DNA of 64,000 nt, taken from the NCBI RefSeq assembly GCF_009914755.1, contig NC_060940.1. One strand, given 5' to 3'. The position numbers and the translations under genes are program-made. Positions 1-16,200 of the stretch are shown piece by piece. Under the pieces are notes generated by a model that saw only the letters and a list, made by a program, of their open reading frames with translations, ran no database searches and was not told the origin of the DNA. How positions within the stretch are numbered: the stretch's first letter is position 1; every line of letters starts with the position of its first letter. Source of the stretch: the human T2T-CHM13v2.0 reference genome, Homo sapiens.

Positions 1-10
1 CCATTCAATT

Positions 11-1614
11 CTATTCAATGATGTTTCCACTTGATTCCATTCGAACATGATTGCCTTTGATTCCATTCAATGATTCCATACGGTTCCATTTGATGATGAT
101 TCCATTGGAGTGCATTAGATGATTCCATCCGAGTCCATTTGATGATTCCATTCGATTCCATTCGATGTTGATTCTGTTCAAATCCATTCGATGATTCCAC
201 TCGATTCCATTCGATGACTCCATTTGATCCCATTCGATGATTTCCTTTGATTCCCTTTGATGATCATTCCATTTGATTCAATTCGGTGATTTCATTTGAT
301 TCCATTCAGTGATGTTTCCATTCAACTCCTTTCGATGATGATTCCATTCGACTCCATTCGATTATGACTTCATTCAATTCCATTCGATAATGATTCCCTT
401 CAAGTCCATTCGATGATTCCATTCGATTCCATTCAACGATGATTTGATTCGTGTCCATTCGATGATTCCATTTGATTCCATTTGATGATGATTCCATTCG
501 AGTCCCTTTGATGATTCCATTCAATTCCATTCTCCGATGATTTCTTTTGAGCCCATTCAATGCTTCCACTCGATTCCATATGATGATGACTCCATTTGAT
601 GAAATTCCATGATGATTCCATTCGCTTGCATTCGATGATGATTCCACTTGAGTCCGTTAGAAGATTCTATTCAATTACATTCCATGACGATTCTGTTCGT
701 GTCCATTTGATGATTCCATTAGACTCCATTCGACGATGATTCCATTCGATGTTATTCGATGATGATTCCATTCAACTCCATTCGATGTTTCCATTCGAGG
801 TCATTCTATTATTCCATTAGATTCCATTCGATGATGATTCCATTCGATTCCATTTGATGATTGCATTCTATTTCATTTGATGATGATTCCATTCGAGTCC
901 ATTCGATGATTCCATTCGAGTCTATTTAATGAATCCATTGGTTTCAATTCTATGATGATTACATTGGATTCCATTCGTTGATGATTTCATTCGATTCCAT
1001 TCAATGATGATTCCATTCAATTCCATTCAATGATTCCATTCAATTCCATACGATGATGATTCCATTTGATTTGATTCGACAGTGAGCCATTCGATTCAAT
1101 TCCATGATGATTCTATTTTATTCAATTGGTTGACATTTCCATTCGATTCCATTCGATGATGATTCCCTTTGATTCCATTCAAAGCTGATTCCATTCTAGC
1201 CCATTCAATCATTCCATTCGATTCTATTCAATGATGATTCCATTCATGTCGATTTGGTGATTCCATTTGACTTCATTTGATGATGATTCTTGTCAAGTTC
1301 ATTTGATGATTCCATTCGATTCCATTTGATGATGATCCCATTCGAGTCCATTTGATGATTCCACTCGTTTCCATTCCATGATGATTCCATTCCATTCCAT
1401 TCAATGATTCCATTCGATTCCGTTTGATGATGATTTCATTCGAGTCGATTTGATGATTCCATTTGATTCCATTCGATGATGATTACATTCGACTCCATAC
1501 GATGATTCCACTCAATTCCATATGATGATGATTCCATTCGATTCCATTCGATGATTCCACTTGATTCCATTTACGATGATTCCATTCTATTCCATGTGAT
1601 GATTCCATTCAGTT
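11..1614 (+). repeat. Unit 1: heavily truncated, diverged HSat2 unit (1604 bp)
   Basis: Landmark CTATTCAATG(A/C)TGT at 11 and 1615. 6112-72-23-170-4243=1604, with junctions near 100, 760, 1485 and 1550. Confidence 0.85.
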
Positions 1615-4600
1615 CTATTCAATGCTGTTTCCATTTGATTCCATTCGACCATGATTGCCTTTGATTCCATTCAATGACTCCATTCGGTTCCTTTTGATGA
1701 TGATTCCATTCGATTCCATTTCATTATTCCATTTGATTCCATTGGATGAGTCCATTCGATTACATTCGATGATTATTCCATTCGAGTGCATTAGATGATT
1801 CCATTCGAGTCCATTCGATGATTCCATTCGATTCCATTCGATGTTGATTCTGTTCAAATCCATTCGATGATTCCACTCGATTCCATTCGATGACTCCAGT
1901 TGATCCCATTCGATGATTTCCTTTGATTCCCTTTGATGATCATTCCATTTGATTCAATTCGGTGATTTCATTTGATTCCATTCAGTGATGTTTCCATTCG
2001 ACTCCATTCGATGATGATTCCATTCGACTCCATTCGATTATGATTTCATTCAATTCCATTCGATAATGATTCCCTTCGAGTCCATTCGATGATTCCATTC
2101 GATTCCATTCAACGATGATTTGATTCGTGTCCATTCGATGATTCCATTTGATTCCACTTGATGATGATTCCATTCGAGTCCATTTGATGATTCCATTCAA
2201 TTCCATTCTCCGATGATTTCTTTTGAGCCCATTCAATGCTTCCACTCGATTCCATATGATGATGACCCCATTCGATGAAATTCGATGATGATTCCCTTTG
2301 ATTCCATTCAAAGATGATTCCATTCTAGCCCATTCAATCATTCCATTCGATTCTATTCAATGATGATTCCATTCATGTCGATTTGGTGATTCCATTTGAC
2401 TTCATTTGATGATGATTCCTTTCAAGTTCATTAGATGATTCCATTCGATTCCATTTGATGATGATCCCATTGGAGTCCATTCAGTGATTCCATTCGTTTC
2501 CATTCCATGATGATTCCATTCCATTCCATTCAATGATTCCATTCGATTCCGTTTGATGATGATTTCATTCGAGTCCATTTGATGATTCCATTGGATTCCA
2601 TTCGATGATGATTCCATTCGAGTCCATTCGATGATTCTATTCGAATCCATTTGATGATTTCTTTTGATTATAGTTGGTGATGATTCCATTGGAGTCCATT
2701 CAATGATTCCATTCGATTCCAATCGATGGTGATTCCATTAGAGTCCATTTAACGATTCCATTTGATTCCAGTCTCTGATGATTACATTCGAGTCCATACG
2801 ATGATTCCACTCAATTCCATATGATGATGATTCCATTCTATTCCATTCGATGATTCCATTCTATTCTATTCAATGGTGATTCCATTCGAGTACATTAGAT
2901 GATTCCATTCGATTCCATTCAATGATGATTCTATTTGTGTCCCTTAGATGGTTCCACATGATTCCATTTCATGATGATACTATTTGAGCCCATCCAATGA
3001 TTCCCTTCGATTCCATTCGATGAGGATTCCATTCGATTCAATTCATTGGTGATTCTATTCAATTCAATTCTTTGATTCCATTCCATTCCATTCGACAATG
3101 ATTCCATTCGATTTCTTTCGATGATTCCACTCGATTCCACTTGACATTGATTCCATTCGATTCCATTCAATGATTCCGTTTGATTCCAGTGGATGATGAT
3201 TGCCGTCGATTCCATTCGATCACTCCATTCTATTCCATTTGATGATGATTACATTCGATTCCATTTGATGATTCCATCTGATTCTATTCGAGGATTCCAT
3301 TTGATTCCATTCGATGATGATTCCATTCGAGTGCATTCGATGATTTCATTCGAGTACATCCAATGATTCCATTCGAGTCCATTTGATGATTCCATTTGAT
3401 TCCATTTGATTATGATTCTACTAGAGTCCATTCAATGACTCCATTCGAATCCATTCAACAATTCCATTCGAGGCCATTCGATGATTCCATTTCATGATTC
3501 CATTCGAGTCCATTTAATCATTACAGTCGAGTCCATTTGGTGATTCCACTGGATTTCTTTTGATAATGATACCATTCAATTACATTTGATGATGATCCCA
3601 TTCAATTTCATTTGATGGTGATTCCATTAGAGTCCATTTGATGATTTCATTCGAGTCCCTTCATTGATTCCATCCGATTTCATTGGATGATGACTCCATT
3701 CGAGTCCATTCGATGATTCCACTCGATTCCATTAAATGATTCCATTGGAGTCCATTTGATTGTTCCATTCGATTCCATTCGATTCCTTTCGAAGATTATT
3801 CCATTTGAGTCCATTCGATGATGATTCCATTCCATTCCATTCGATGATTCCGTTTGATTCCATTCGATGATTCCCTTCGATTCCATTCTTTGATGATTCC
3901 ATTCCATTCCATTCAATGATTCCATTCGAATCTATTCCATGATGATTCCTTTCGATTCCATTCGCTGATGTTTCCGTTCAATTCCATTCGATGATGATTC
4001 CATTCGATTCCATTCATTGAGGATTCCATTTGATTCCATTCAATGATGATTCCATTCTATTCCATTCAATGATTGCATTCAATTCCATTCAATGATTATC
4101 CCATTAGAGTAAACTCAACGATTCCATTCAATACCATTCGATGATGATTCCTTTTGAGTCCATTCAATGATTTCATTCAAGTCCATTTGATGATTCCTTT
4201 CAATTCCATTCTATGATGATTCCATTCGAGTCCATTCGATGATTCCATTCGATTGCATTCGATGATTCCATTATATTCCATTCAACGATGATTCCATTCG
4301 AGTCCATTCGATGATTCCATTAGAGTACATTTAATGATTGCTTTGTTTTCAATTCGAAGATGATTACATTCGATTCCATTCTATGATACCATTCGATTCC
4401 ATTCAATGATGATTCCTCTCAAATCCATTGGATGATTCCATTCGTGTCCATTCGGTGATTTCATTAGATTCCATTCGAGGATGATTCCATTCGATTCCAT
4501 TCGATGATTCCATTCAATTCCATTCGATGATGATTCCATTCCAGTCCATATGATCATTCCATTTGATTTCATTCGATGATGATTCCATTCGATTCCATTC

Positions 4601-7146
4601 GATGATTCCATTCTATTCCATTCGATGATGATTCCATTCGAGTCCATTCGATGATTCCATTCGAGTCCATTTAATGATTCCATTGGGTTCAATTCAATGA
4701 TGATTACATTGGATTCCGTTCTATGATTCCATTCAATTCCGTTCATTGACTATTTGATTCCATTCGATGATGATTCCATTTGAGTTCATTCGATGATTCT
4801 ATTCGATTCTCTTCGATGGTGATTCAATTCTATTATATTGGATGATTCCATTCGATTCCATTTGATGTTGATTTAATTCGATTCTATTCGATGATGATTC
4901 CATTGGATTTCACTTGATGATTCTATTCGATTCCATTCAATGATGATTCACTTCTCGTCCATTGGATGATTCCATTTCATTCCATTCGATGATGATTCCA
5001 TTCGATTCCATTCGATGATTCCATTTGATTCCATGCGTCGGTGAGCAATTCGATTCAATTCCATGATGATTCTATTTGATTCAATTAGATGATGTTTCCA
5101 TTCGAATCCATTCCATGATTATTCCATTGGAATCCATTCGGTGATGATTCCATATGAGTCAATTCAATGATGATTCCATATGGGTCCGTTCGATGATAAT
5201 TCCATTTGATTTCATTCGGTACTTCTATTCAATTCCAGTCGATGATGATTCCGTTGGAGTCCATACGATGATTCCATTTGATTTCATTTGATGATGATTC
5301 CATTCGATGATGATTACATTGGATTCCATTCTATGATTCCATTCAATTCCATTCGTTGATGATTCGATTCCATTCAATGATGATTCTATTTGAGTTCATT
5401 CGATGATTCTATTCGATTCCGTTCGATGGTGATTCAATTCTCTTATATTGGATGAATCCACTCGATACCATTTGATGATTATTCCATTGGAGTCCACTTA
5501 GTGAATCCTTCAGATTCTACTCGAAGATGATTCCATTCAAGTCCATTCGATGATACCATTCAATTCCATTCGTTGATGCTTCCATTCAAGTGCATTCGAT
5601 GATATCATTCGATTCCATTTGATGATAATTCCATTTGATTCCATGCGATGATTCTATTCGATTCCATTCAATGATAATTCCATTCAGTTCAGTGATTCCT
5701 CTGGACTCCATTTGATGATGATTCCATTGAATGATTCCATTTGATTCTATTCGAAAATGATTCCATTTGAATCCATTTGATGATGATTCCATTAGATTCC
5801 ATTTGATGATTCCATTCGATTCCATGCGACGATGATTCCATTCGATTCCATTTGATGATTCCATTCTATTCTATTCGATGATGATTCCATTCGATTCCAT
5901 TCGATGATGATTGGATTCGATTCCATTTGATGATTTCATTTGATTCCATTCGTTAATGATTTCGATCAATTCCATTCGATGATTCCATTCGATTCCATTC
6001 GATAATGATTACATCCGTGTCCATTCAATGATTCCATTTGAGCCTGTTCGATAATTCCATTTGTGTCCAACCAATGATTCCATTCATTTCCATTCAATGA
6101 TTCCATTCGAGTCCATTTGATCATTCCGGTAGGGTCCATTCGATGTTGATTCCATTGGAGTGCATTCGATGATTCCATTCGAGTCCATTTTATGATTTGA
6201 TTCGAGTCCTTTCGATGATTCCATTCGATTCCACTCGATGATGATTTCATTCGAGTCCATTCGACACTTCCAATCGATTCCATTTGATGTTTCCATTCGA
6301 GTCCAATTGATGATTCCATTCAATTCCATTCGATGATGATTCCGTACGATTCCATTCTGTGATGATTCCCTGTGATTCCATTCAATGATGATTCCTTTAG
6401 ATTGCATTCGATTGTGATTCATTTCGTGTTCATTCTATGGTTCCACAGGTTTCCATTCGTGTCCATTCCATTATTCCATTCTATTCCATTTGATGATGAT
6501 TCCATTCGATTCCATTCATTGGTGATTCCACTCAATTCCATTCAATGATTCCATTCCATTTCTTTCAACAATGATTCCATTAGTTTCTAATCGATGATCC
6601 ACTTGATTCCATTTGACGACGATTCCATTCTTGTCCATTCGATGATTCCATTTGATTCCATATGATGATGATTCCATTCGATTCCATACCATGATGATTC
6701 CATTCGAGTCCATTCAATGGTGATTCCATTCAATTCCATTCGATGATTCCTTTCGATTCCATTCGATGATGATGGCATTCGATTCCTTTCAATCATTCCC
6801 TTTGATTCCATTCAAAGGTGATTTCATTCAAGTCCATTCGATAATTGCATTCGATTCCATTCTATGATGATTCCATTCGAGTCCATTTGATGATTCCATT
6901 CAATTCAAGTCAATGATGATTCCATTCGATTCCATTCGATGATTCCATTGGATTCCATTCGATGATGATTCCATTCAAATCCATTCGATAATTCAATTCA
7001 AGTCCATTCGATGATGATTAAAATCGAATCCATTCAAAGATTCCATTCAGTTCCATTCGATGATTCCCTTAGATTCCATTCGATGATTCCACTTGATTTC
7101 ATTTACGATGATTCCATTCGATTCCACGTGATGATTCCATTCAATT
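1615..7146 (+). repeat. Unit 2: 5532-bp variant (570-bp and 10-bp deletions)
   Basis: Landmark offsets are -570 after ~2290 and -580 after ~3490 relative to the 6112-bp unit. Confidence 0.9.
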
Positions 7147-10100
7147 CTATTCAATGCTGTTTCCATTTGATTCCATTCGACCATGATTGCCTTTGATTCC
7201 ATTCAATGACTCCATTCGGTTCCTTTTGATGATGATTCCGTTCGATTCCATTTGATGATTCCATTTGATTCCATTGGATGAGTCCATTCGATTACATTCG
7301 ATGATTATTCCATTCGAGTGCATTAGATGATTCCATTCGAGTCCATTCGATGATTCCATTCGATTCCATTCGATGTTGATTCTGTTCAAATCCATTCGAT
7401 GATTCCACTCGATTCCATTCGATGACTCCAGTTGATCCCATTCGATGATTTCCTTTGATTCCCTTTGATGATCATTCCATTTGATTCAATTCGGTGATTT
7501 CATTTGATTCCATTCAGTGATGTTTCCATTCGACTCCATTCGATGATGATTCCATTCGACTCCATTCGATTATGATTTCATTCAATTCCATTCGATAATG
7601 ATTCCCTTCGAGTCCATTCGATGATTCCATTCGATTCCATTCAACGATGATTTGATTCGTGTCCATTCGATGATTCCATTTGATTCCACTTGATGATGAT
7701 TCCATTCGAGTCCATTTGATGATTCCATTCAATTCCATTCTCCGATGATTTCTTTTGAGCCCATTCAATGCTTCCACTCGATTCCATATGATGATGACTC
7801 CATTCGATGAAATTCGATGATGATTCCCTTTGATTCCATTCAAAGATGATTCCATTCTAGCCCATTCAATCATTCCATTCGATTCTATTCAATGATGATT
7901 CCATTCATGTCGATTTGGTGATTCCATTTGACTTCATTTGATGATGATTCCTTTCAAGTTCATTAGATGATTCCATTCGATTCCATTTGATGATGATCCC
8001 ATTCGAGTCCATTCAGTGATTCCACTCGTTTCCATTCCATGATGATTCCATTCCATTCCATTCAATGATTCCATTCGATTCCGTTTGATGATGATTTCAT
8101 TCGAGTCCATTTGATGATTCCATTTGATTCCATTCGATGATGATTCCATTCGAGTCCATTCGATGATTCTATTCGAATCCATTTGATGATTTCTTTTGAT
8201 TATAGTTGGTGATGATTCCATTGGAGTCCATTCAATGATTCCATTCGATTCCAATCGATGGTGATTCCATTAGAGTCCATTTAATGATTCCATTTGATTC
8301 CAGTCTCTGATGATTACATTCGAGTCCATACGATGATTCCACTCAATTCCATATGATGATGATTCCATTCGATTCCATTCGATGATTCCATTCTATTCTA
8401 TTCAATGGTGATTCCATTCGAGTACATTAGATGATTCCATTCGATTCCATTCAATGATGATTCTATTTGTGTCCCTTAGATGATTCCACATGATTCCATT
8501 AGATGATGATACTATTTGAGCCCATCCAATGATTCCCTTCGATTCCATTCGATGAGGATTCCATTCGATTCAATTCATTGGTGATTGTATTCAATTCAAT
8601 TCTTTGATTCCATTCCATTCCATTCGACAATGATTCCATTCGATTTCTTTCGATGATTCCACTCGATTCCACTTGACATTGATTCCCTTCGATTCCATTC
8701 AATGATTCCATTTGATTCCAGTGGATGATGATTGCCATCGATTCCATTCGATCACTCCATTCTATTCCATTTGATGATGATTACATTCGATTCCATTTGA
8801 CGATTCCATCTGATTCTATTCGAGGATTCCATTTGATTCCATTCGATGATGATTCCATTCGAGTCCATTCGATGATTTCATTCGAGTACATCCAATGATT
8901 CCATTCGAGTCCATTTGATGATTCCATTTGATTCCATTTGATAATGATTCTACTAGAGTCCATTCAATGACTCCATTGGAGTCCATTCAACAATTCCATT
9001 CGACTCCATTTGATGATTCCATTCGATTCCATTTGATGATTCCATTCGAGTCCATTTAATCATTACAGTCGAGTCCATTTGGTGATTCCACCGGATTTCT
9101 TTTGATAATGATACCATTCAAATACATTTGATGATGATCCCATTCAATTTCATTTGATGATGATTCCATTAGAGTCCATTCGATGATTTCATTCGAGTCC
9201 CTTCATTGATTCCATCCGATTTCATTGGATGATGACTCCATTCGAGTCCATTCGATGATTCCACTCGATTCCATTAGATGATTCCATTGGAGTCCATTTG
9301 ATTGTTCCATTCGATTCCATTCAATTCCTTTCGAAGATTATTCCATTTGAGTCCATTCGACGATGATTCCATTCCATTCCATTCGATGATTCCGTTTGAT
9401 TCCATTCGATGATTCCCTTCGATTCCTTTCTTTGATGATTCCATTCCATTCCATTCAATGATTCCATTCGAATCTATTCCATGATGATTCCTTTCGATTC
9501 CATTCGCTGATGTTTCCGTTCAATTCCATTCGATGATGATTCCATTCGATTCCATTCATTGAGGATTCCATTTGATTCCATTCAATGATGATTCCGTTCT
9601 ATTCCATTCAATGATTGCATTCAATTCCATTCAATGATTATCCCCTTAGAGTAAACTCAACGATTCCATTCAATACCATTCGATGATGATTCCTTTTGAG
9701 TCCATTCAATGATTTCATTCAAGTCCATTTGATGATTCCTTTCAATTCCATTCTATGATGATTCCATTCGAGTCCATTCGATGATTCCATTCGATTGCAT
9801 TCGATGATTCCATTATATTCCAGTCAACGATGATTCCATTCGAGTCCATTCGATGATTCCATTAGAGTACATTTAATGATTGCTTTGTTTTCAATTCGAA
9901 GATGATTACATTGGATTCCATTCTATGATACCATTCGATTCCATTCAATGATGATTCCACTCAAATCCATTGGATGATTCCATTCGTGTCCATTCGGTGA
10001 TTTCATTAGATTCCATTCGAGGATGATTCCATTCGATTCCATTCGATGATTCCATTCAATTCCATTCGATGATGATTCCATTCCAGTCCATATGATCATT

Positions 10101-13100
10101 CCATTTGATTTCATTCGATGATGATTCCATTCGATTCCATTCGATGATTCCATTCTATTCCATTCGATGATGATTCCATTCGAGTCCATTCGATGATTCC
10201 ATTCGAGTCCATTTAATGATTCCATTGGGTTCAATTCAATGATGATTACATTGGATTCCGTTCTATGATTCCATTCAATTCCGTTCATAGACAATTTGAT
10301 TCCATTCGATGATGATTCCATTTGAGTTCATTCGATGATTCTATTCGATTCTCTTCGATGGTGATTCAATTCTATTATATTGGATGATTCCATTCGATTC
10401 CATTTGATGTTGATTCAATTCGATTCTATTCGATGATGATTCCATTGGATTTCACTTGATGATTCTATTCGATTCCATTCAATGATGATTCACTTCTCGT
10501 CCATTGGATGATTCCATTTCACTCCATTCGATGATGATTCCATTCGATTCCATTCGATGATTCCATTTGATTCCATGCGACGGTGAGCAATTCGATTCAA
10601 TTCCATGATGATTCTATTTGATTCAATTAGATGATGTTTCCATTCGAATCCATTCCATGATTATTCCATTGGAATCCATTTGGCGATGATTCCATATGAG
10701 TCAATTCAATGATGATTCCATATGGGTCCGTTCGATGATAATTCCATTTGATTTCATTCGATGCTTCTATTCTATTCCAGTCGATGATGATTCCGTTGGA
10801 GTCCATACGATGATTCCATTTGATTTCATTTGATGATGATTCCATTCGATGATGATTACATTGGATTCCATTCTATGATTCCATTCGATTCCATTCGTTG
10901 ATGATTTGATTCCATTCGATGATGATTCCATTTGAGTTCATTCGATGATTCTATTCGATTCTCTTCGATGGTGATTCAATTCTATTATATTGGATGATTC
11001 CATTCGATTCCATTTGATGTTGATTTAATTCGATTCTATTCGATGATGATTCCATTGGATTTCACTTGATGATTCTATTCGATTCCATTCAATGATGATT
11101 CACTTCTCGTCCATTGGATGATTCCATTTCATTCCATTCGATGATGATTCCATTCGATTCCATTCGATGATTCCATTTGATTCCATGCGTCGGTGAGCAA
11201 TTCGATTCAATTCCATGATGATTCTATTTGATTCAATTAGATGATGTTTCCATTCGAATCCATTCCATGATTATTCCATTGGAATCCATTCGGTGATGAT
11301 TCCATATGAGTCAATTCAATGATGATTCCATATGGGTCCGTTCGATGATAATTCCATTTGATTTCATTCGGTACTTCTATTCAATTCCAGTCGATGATGA
11401 TTCCGTTGGAGTCCATACGATGATTCCATTTGATTTCATTTGATGATGATTCCATTCGATGATGATTACATTGGATTCCATTCTATGATTCCATTCAATT
11501 CCATTCGTTGATGATTCGATTCCATTCAATGATGATTCTATTTGAGTTCATTCGATGATTCTATTCGATTCCGTTCGATGGTGATTCAATTCTCTTATAT
11601 TGGATGAATCCACTCGATACCATTTGATGATTATTCCATTGGAGTCCACTTAGTGAATCCTTCAGATTCTACTCGAAGATGATTCCATTCAAGTCCATTC
11701 GATGATACCATTCAATTCCATTCGTTGATGCTTCCATTCAAGTGCATTCGATGATATCATTCGATTCCATTTGATGATAATTCCATTTGATTCCATGCGA
11801 TGATTCTATTCGATTCCATTCAATGATAATTCCATTCAGTTCAGTGATTCCTCTGGACTCCATTTGATGATGATTCCATTGAATGATTCCATTTGATTCT
11901 ATTCGAAAATGATTCCATTTGAATCCATTTGATGATGATTCTATTAGATTCCATTTGATGATTCCATTCGATTCCATGCGACGATGATTCCATTCGATTC
12001 CATTTGATGATTCCATTCTATTCTATTCGATGATGATTCCATTCGATTCCATTCGATGATGATTGGATTCGATTCCATTTGATGATTTCATTTGATTCCA
12101 TTCGTTAATGATTTCGATCAATTCCATTCGATGATTCCATTCGATTCCATTCGATAATGATTACATCCGTGTCCATTCAATGATTCCATTTGAGCCTGTT
12201 CGATAATTCCATTTGTGTCCAACCAATGATTCCATTCATTTCCATTCAATGATTCCATTCGAGTCCATTTGATCATTCCGGTAGGGTCCATTCGATGTTG
12301 ATTCCATTGGAGTGCATTCGATGATTCCATTCGAGTCCATTTTATGATTTGATTCGAGTCCTTTCGATGATTCCATTCGATTCCACTCGATGATGATTTC
12401 ATTCGAGTCCATTCGACACTTCCAATCGATTCCATTTGATGTTTCCATTCGAGTCCAATTGATGATTCCATTCAATTCCATTCGATGATGATTCCGTACG
12501 ATTCCATTCTGTGATGATTCCCTGTGATTCCATTCAATGATGATTCCTTTAGATTGCATTCGATTGTGATTCATTTCGTCTTCATTCTATGGTTCCACAG
12601 GTTTCCATTCGTGTCCATTCCATTATTCCATTCTATTCCATTTGATGATGATTCCATTCGATTCCATTCATTGGTGATTCCACTCAATTCCATTCAATGA
12701 TTCCATTCCATTTCTTTCAACAATGATTCCATTAGTTTCTAATCGATGATCCACTTGATTCCATTTGACGACGATTCCATTCTTGTCCATTCGATGATTC
12801 CATTTGATTCCATATGATGATGATTCCATTCGATTCCATACCATGATGATTCCATTCGAGTCCATTCAATGGTGATTCCATTCAATTCCATTCGATGATT
12901 CCTTTCGATTCCATTCGATGATGATGGCATTCGATTCCTTTCAATCATTCCCTTTGATTCCATTCAAAGGTGATTTCATTCAAGTCCATTCGATAATTGC
13001 ATTCGATTCCATTCTATGATGATTCCATTCGAGTCCATTTGATGATTCCATTCAATTCAAGTCAATGATGATTCCATTCGATTCCATTCGATGATTCCAT

Positions 13101-13298
13101 TGGATTCCATTCGATGATGATTCCATTCAAATCCATTCGATAATTCAATTCAAGTCCATTCGATGATGATTAAAATCGAATCCATTCAAAGATTCCATTC
13201 AGTTCCATTCGATGATTCCCTTAGATTCCATTCGATGATTCCACTTGATTTCATTTACGATGATTCCATTCGATTCCACGTGATGATTCCATTCAATT
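7147..13298 (+). repeat. Unit 3: 6152-bp variant (570-bp deletion plus 610-bp internal duplication)
   Basis: 6112-570+610=6152. CGGTGAGCAATTCG occurs at ~10581 and ~11191, 610 bp apart. Confidence 0.9.
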
Positions 13299-16200
13299 CT
13301 ATTCAATGCTGTTTCCATTTGATTCCATTCGACCATGATTGCCTTTGATTCCATTCAATGACTCCATTCGGTTCCTTTTGATGATGATTCCGTTCGATTC
13401 CATTTGATGATTCCATTTGATTCCATTGGATGAGTCCATTCGATTACATTCGATGATTATTCCATTCGAGTGCATTAGATGATTCCATTCGAGTCCATTC
13501 GATGATTCCATTCGATTCCATTCGATGTTGATTCTGTTCAAATCCATTCGATGATTCCACTCGATTCCATTCGATGACTCCAGTTGATCCCATTCGATGA
13601 TTTCCTTTGATTCCCTTTGATGATCATTCCATTTGATTCAATTCGGTGATTTCATTTGATTCCATTCAGTGATGTTTCCATTCGACTCCATTCGATGATG
13701 ATTCCATTCGACTCCATTCGATTATGATTTCATTCAATTCCATTCGATAATGATTCCCTTCGAGTCCATTCGATGATTCCATTCGATTCCATTCAACGAT
13801 GATTTGATTCGTGTCCATTCGATGATTCCATTTGATTCCACTTGATGATGATTCCATTCGAGTCCATTTGATGATTCCATTCAATTCCATACTCCGATGA
13901 TTTCTTTTGAGCCCACTCAATGCTTCCACTCGATTCCATATGATGATGACTCCATTCGATGAAATTCGATGATGATTCCATTCGCTTGCTTTCGATGATG
14001 ATTCCACTTGAGTCTGTTAGAAGATTCTATTCAATTACATTCCATGACGATTCCGTTCGAGTCCATTTGATGATTCCATTAGACTCCATTCGACGATGAT
14101 TCCATTCGATGTTATTCGATGATTCCATTCGATCTCATTCGATGATGATTCCATTCAACTCCATTCGATGTTTCCATTCGAGTTCATTCTATTTTTCCAT
14201 TAGATTCCATTCGATGATGATTCCATTCGATTCCATTTGATGATTGCATTCTATTTCATTTGATGATGATTCCATTCGAGTCTACTCGATGATTCCATTC
14301 GAGTCCATTTAATGAATCCATTGGTTTCAATTCTATGATGATTACATTGGATTCCATTCGTTGATGATTTCATTCGGTTCCATTCAATGATGATTCTATT
14401 CAATTCCTTTCAATGTTTCCATTCAATTCCATACGATGATGATTCCATTTGATTTGTTTCGACAGTGAGCCATTCGATTCAATTCCATGATGATTCTATT
14501 TGATTCCATTGGTTGACATTTCCATTCGATTCCATTCGATGATGATTCCCTTTGATTCCATTCAAAGATGATTCCATTCTAGCCCATTCAATCATTCCAT
14601 TCGATTCTATTCAATGATGATTCCATTCATGTCGATTTGGTGATTCCATTTGACTTCATTTGATGATGATTCCTTTCAAGTTCATTAGATGATTCCATTC
14701 GATTCCATTTGATGATGATCCCATTCGAGTCCATTCAGTGATTCCATTCGTTTCCATTCCATGATGATTCCATTCCATTCCATGCAATGATTCCATTCGA
14801 TTCCGTTTGATGATGATTTCATTCGAGTCCATTTGATGATTCCATTTGATTCCATTCGATGATGATTCCATTCGAGTCCATTCGATGATTCTATTCGAAT
14901 CCATTTGATGATTTCTTTTGATTATAGTTGGTGATGATTCCATTGGAGTCCATTCAATGATTCCATTCGATTCCAATCGATGGTGATTCCATTAGAGTCC
15001 ATTTAATGATTCCATTTGATTCCAGTCTCTGATGATTACATTCGAGTCCATACGATGATTCCACTCAATTCCATATGATGATGATTCCATTCGATTCCAT
15101 TCGATGATTCCATTCTATTCTATTCAATGGTGATTCCATTCGAGTACATTAGATGATTCCATTCGATTCCATTCAATGATGATTCTATTTGTGTCCCTTA
15201 GATGATTCCACATGATTCCATTAGATGACGATACTATTTCAGCCCATCCAATGATTCCCTTCGATTCCATTCGATGAGGATTCCATTCGATTCAATTCAT
15301 TGGTGATTCTATTCAATTCAATTCTTTGATTCCATTCCATTCCATTCGACAATGATTCCATTCGATTTCTTTCGATGATTCCACTCGATTCCACTTGACA
15401 TTGATTCCCTTCGATTCCGTTCAATGATTCCATTTGATTCCAGTGGACGATGATTGCCATCGATTCCATTCGATCACTCCATTCTATTCCATTTGATGAT
15501 GATGACATTCGATTCCATTTGACGATTCCATCTGATTCTATTCGAGGATTCCATTTGATTCCATTCGATGATGATTCCATTCGAGTCCATTCGATGATTT
15601 CATTCGAGTACATCCAATGATTCCATTCGAGTCCATTTGATGATTCCGTTTGATTCCATTTGATAATGATTCTACTAGAGTCCATTCAATGACTCCATTC
15701 GAGTCCATTCAACAATTCCATTCGACTCCATTTGATGATTCCATTCGATTCCATTTGATGATTCCATTCGAGTCCATTTAATCATTACAGTCGAGTCCAT
15801 TTGGTGATTCCACCGGATTTCTTTTGATAATGATACCATTCAATTACATTTGATGATGATCCCATTCAATTTCATTTGATGATGATTCCATTAGAGTCCA
15901 TTCGATGATTTCATTCGAGTCCCTTCATTGATTCCATCCGATTTCATTGGATGATGACTCCATTCGAGTCCATTCGATGATTCCACTCGATTCCATTAGA
16001 TGATTCCATTGGAGTCCATTTGATTGTTCCATTCGATTCTATTCGATTCCTTTCGAAGATTATTCCATTTGAGTCCATTCGATGATGATTCCATTCCATT
16101 CCATTCGATGATTCCGTTTGATTCCATTCGATGATTCCCTTCGATTCCTTTCTTTGATGATTCCATTCCATTCCATTCAATGATTCCATTCGAATCTATT

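Noticed and set aside
7011-13348. Two identical plus-strand 61-aa ORFs (7011-7196 and 13163-13348)
   Set aside because: Chance ORF in satellite sequence, duplicated by the ~6.7-kb event. No coding evidence.
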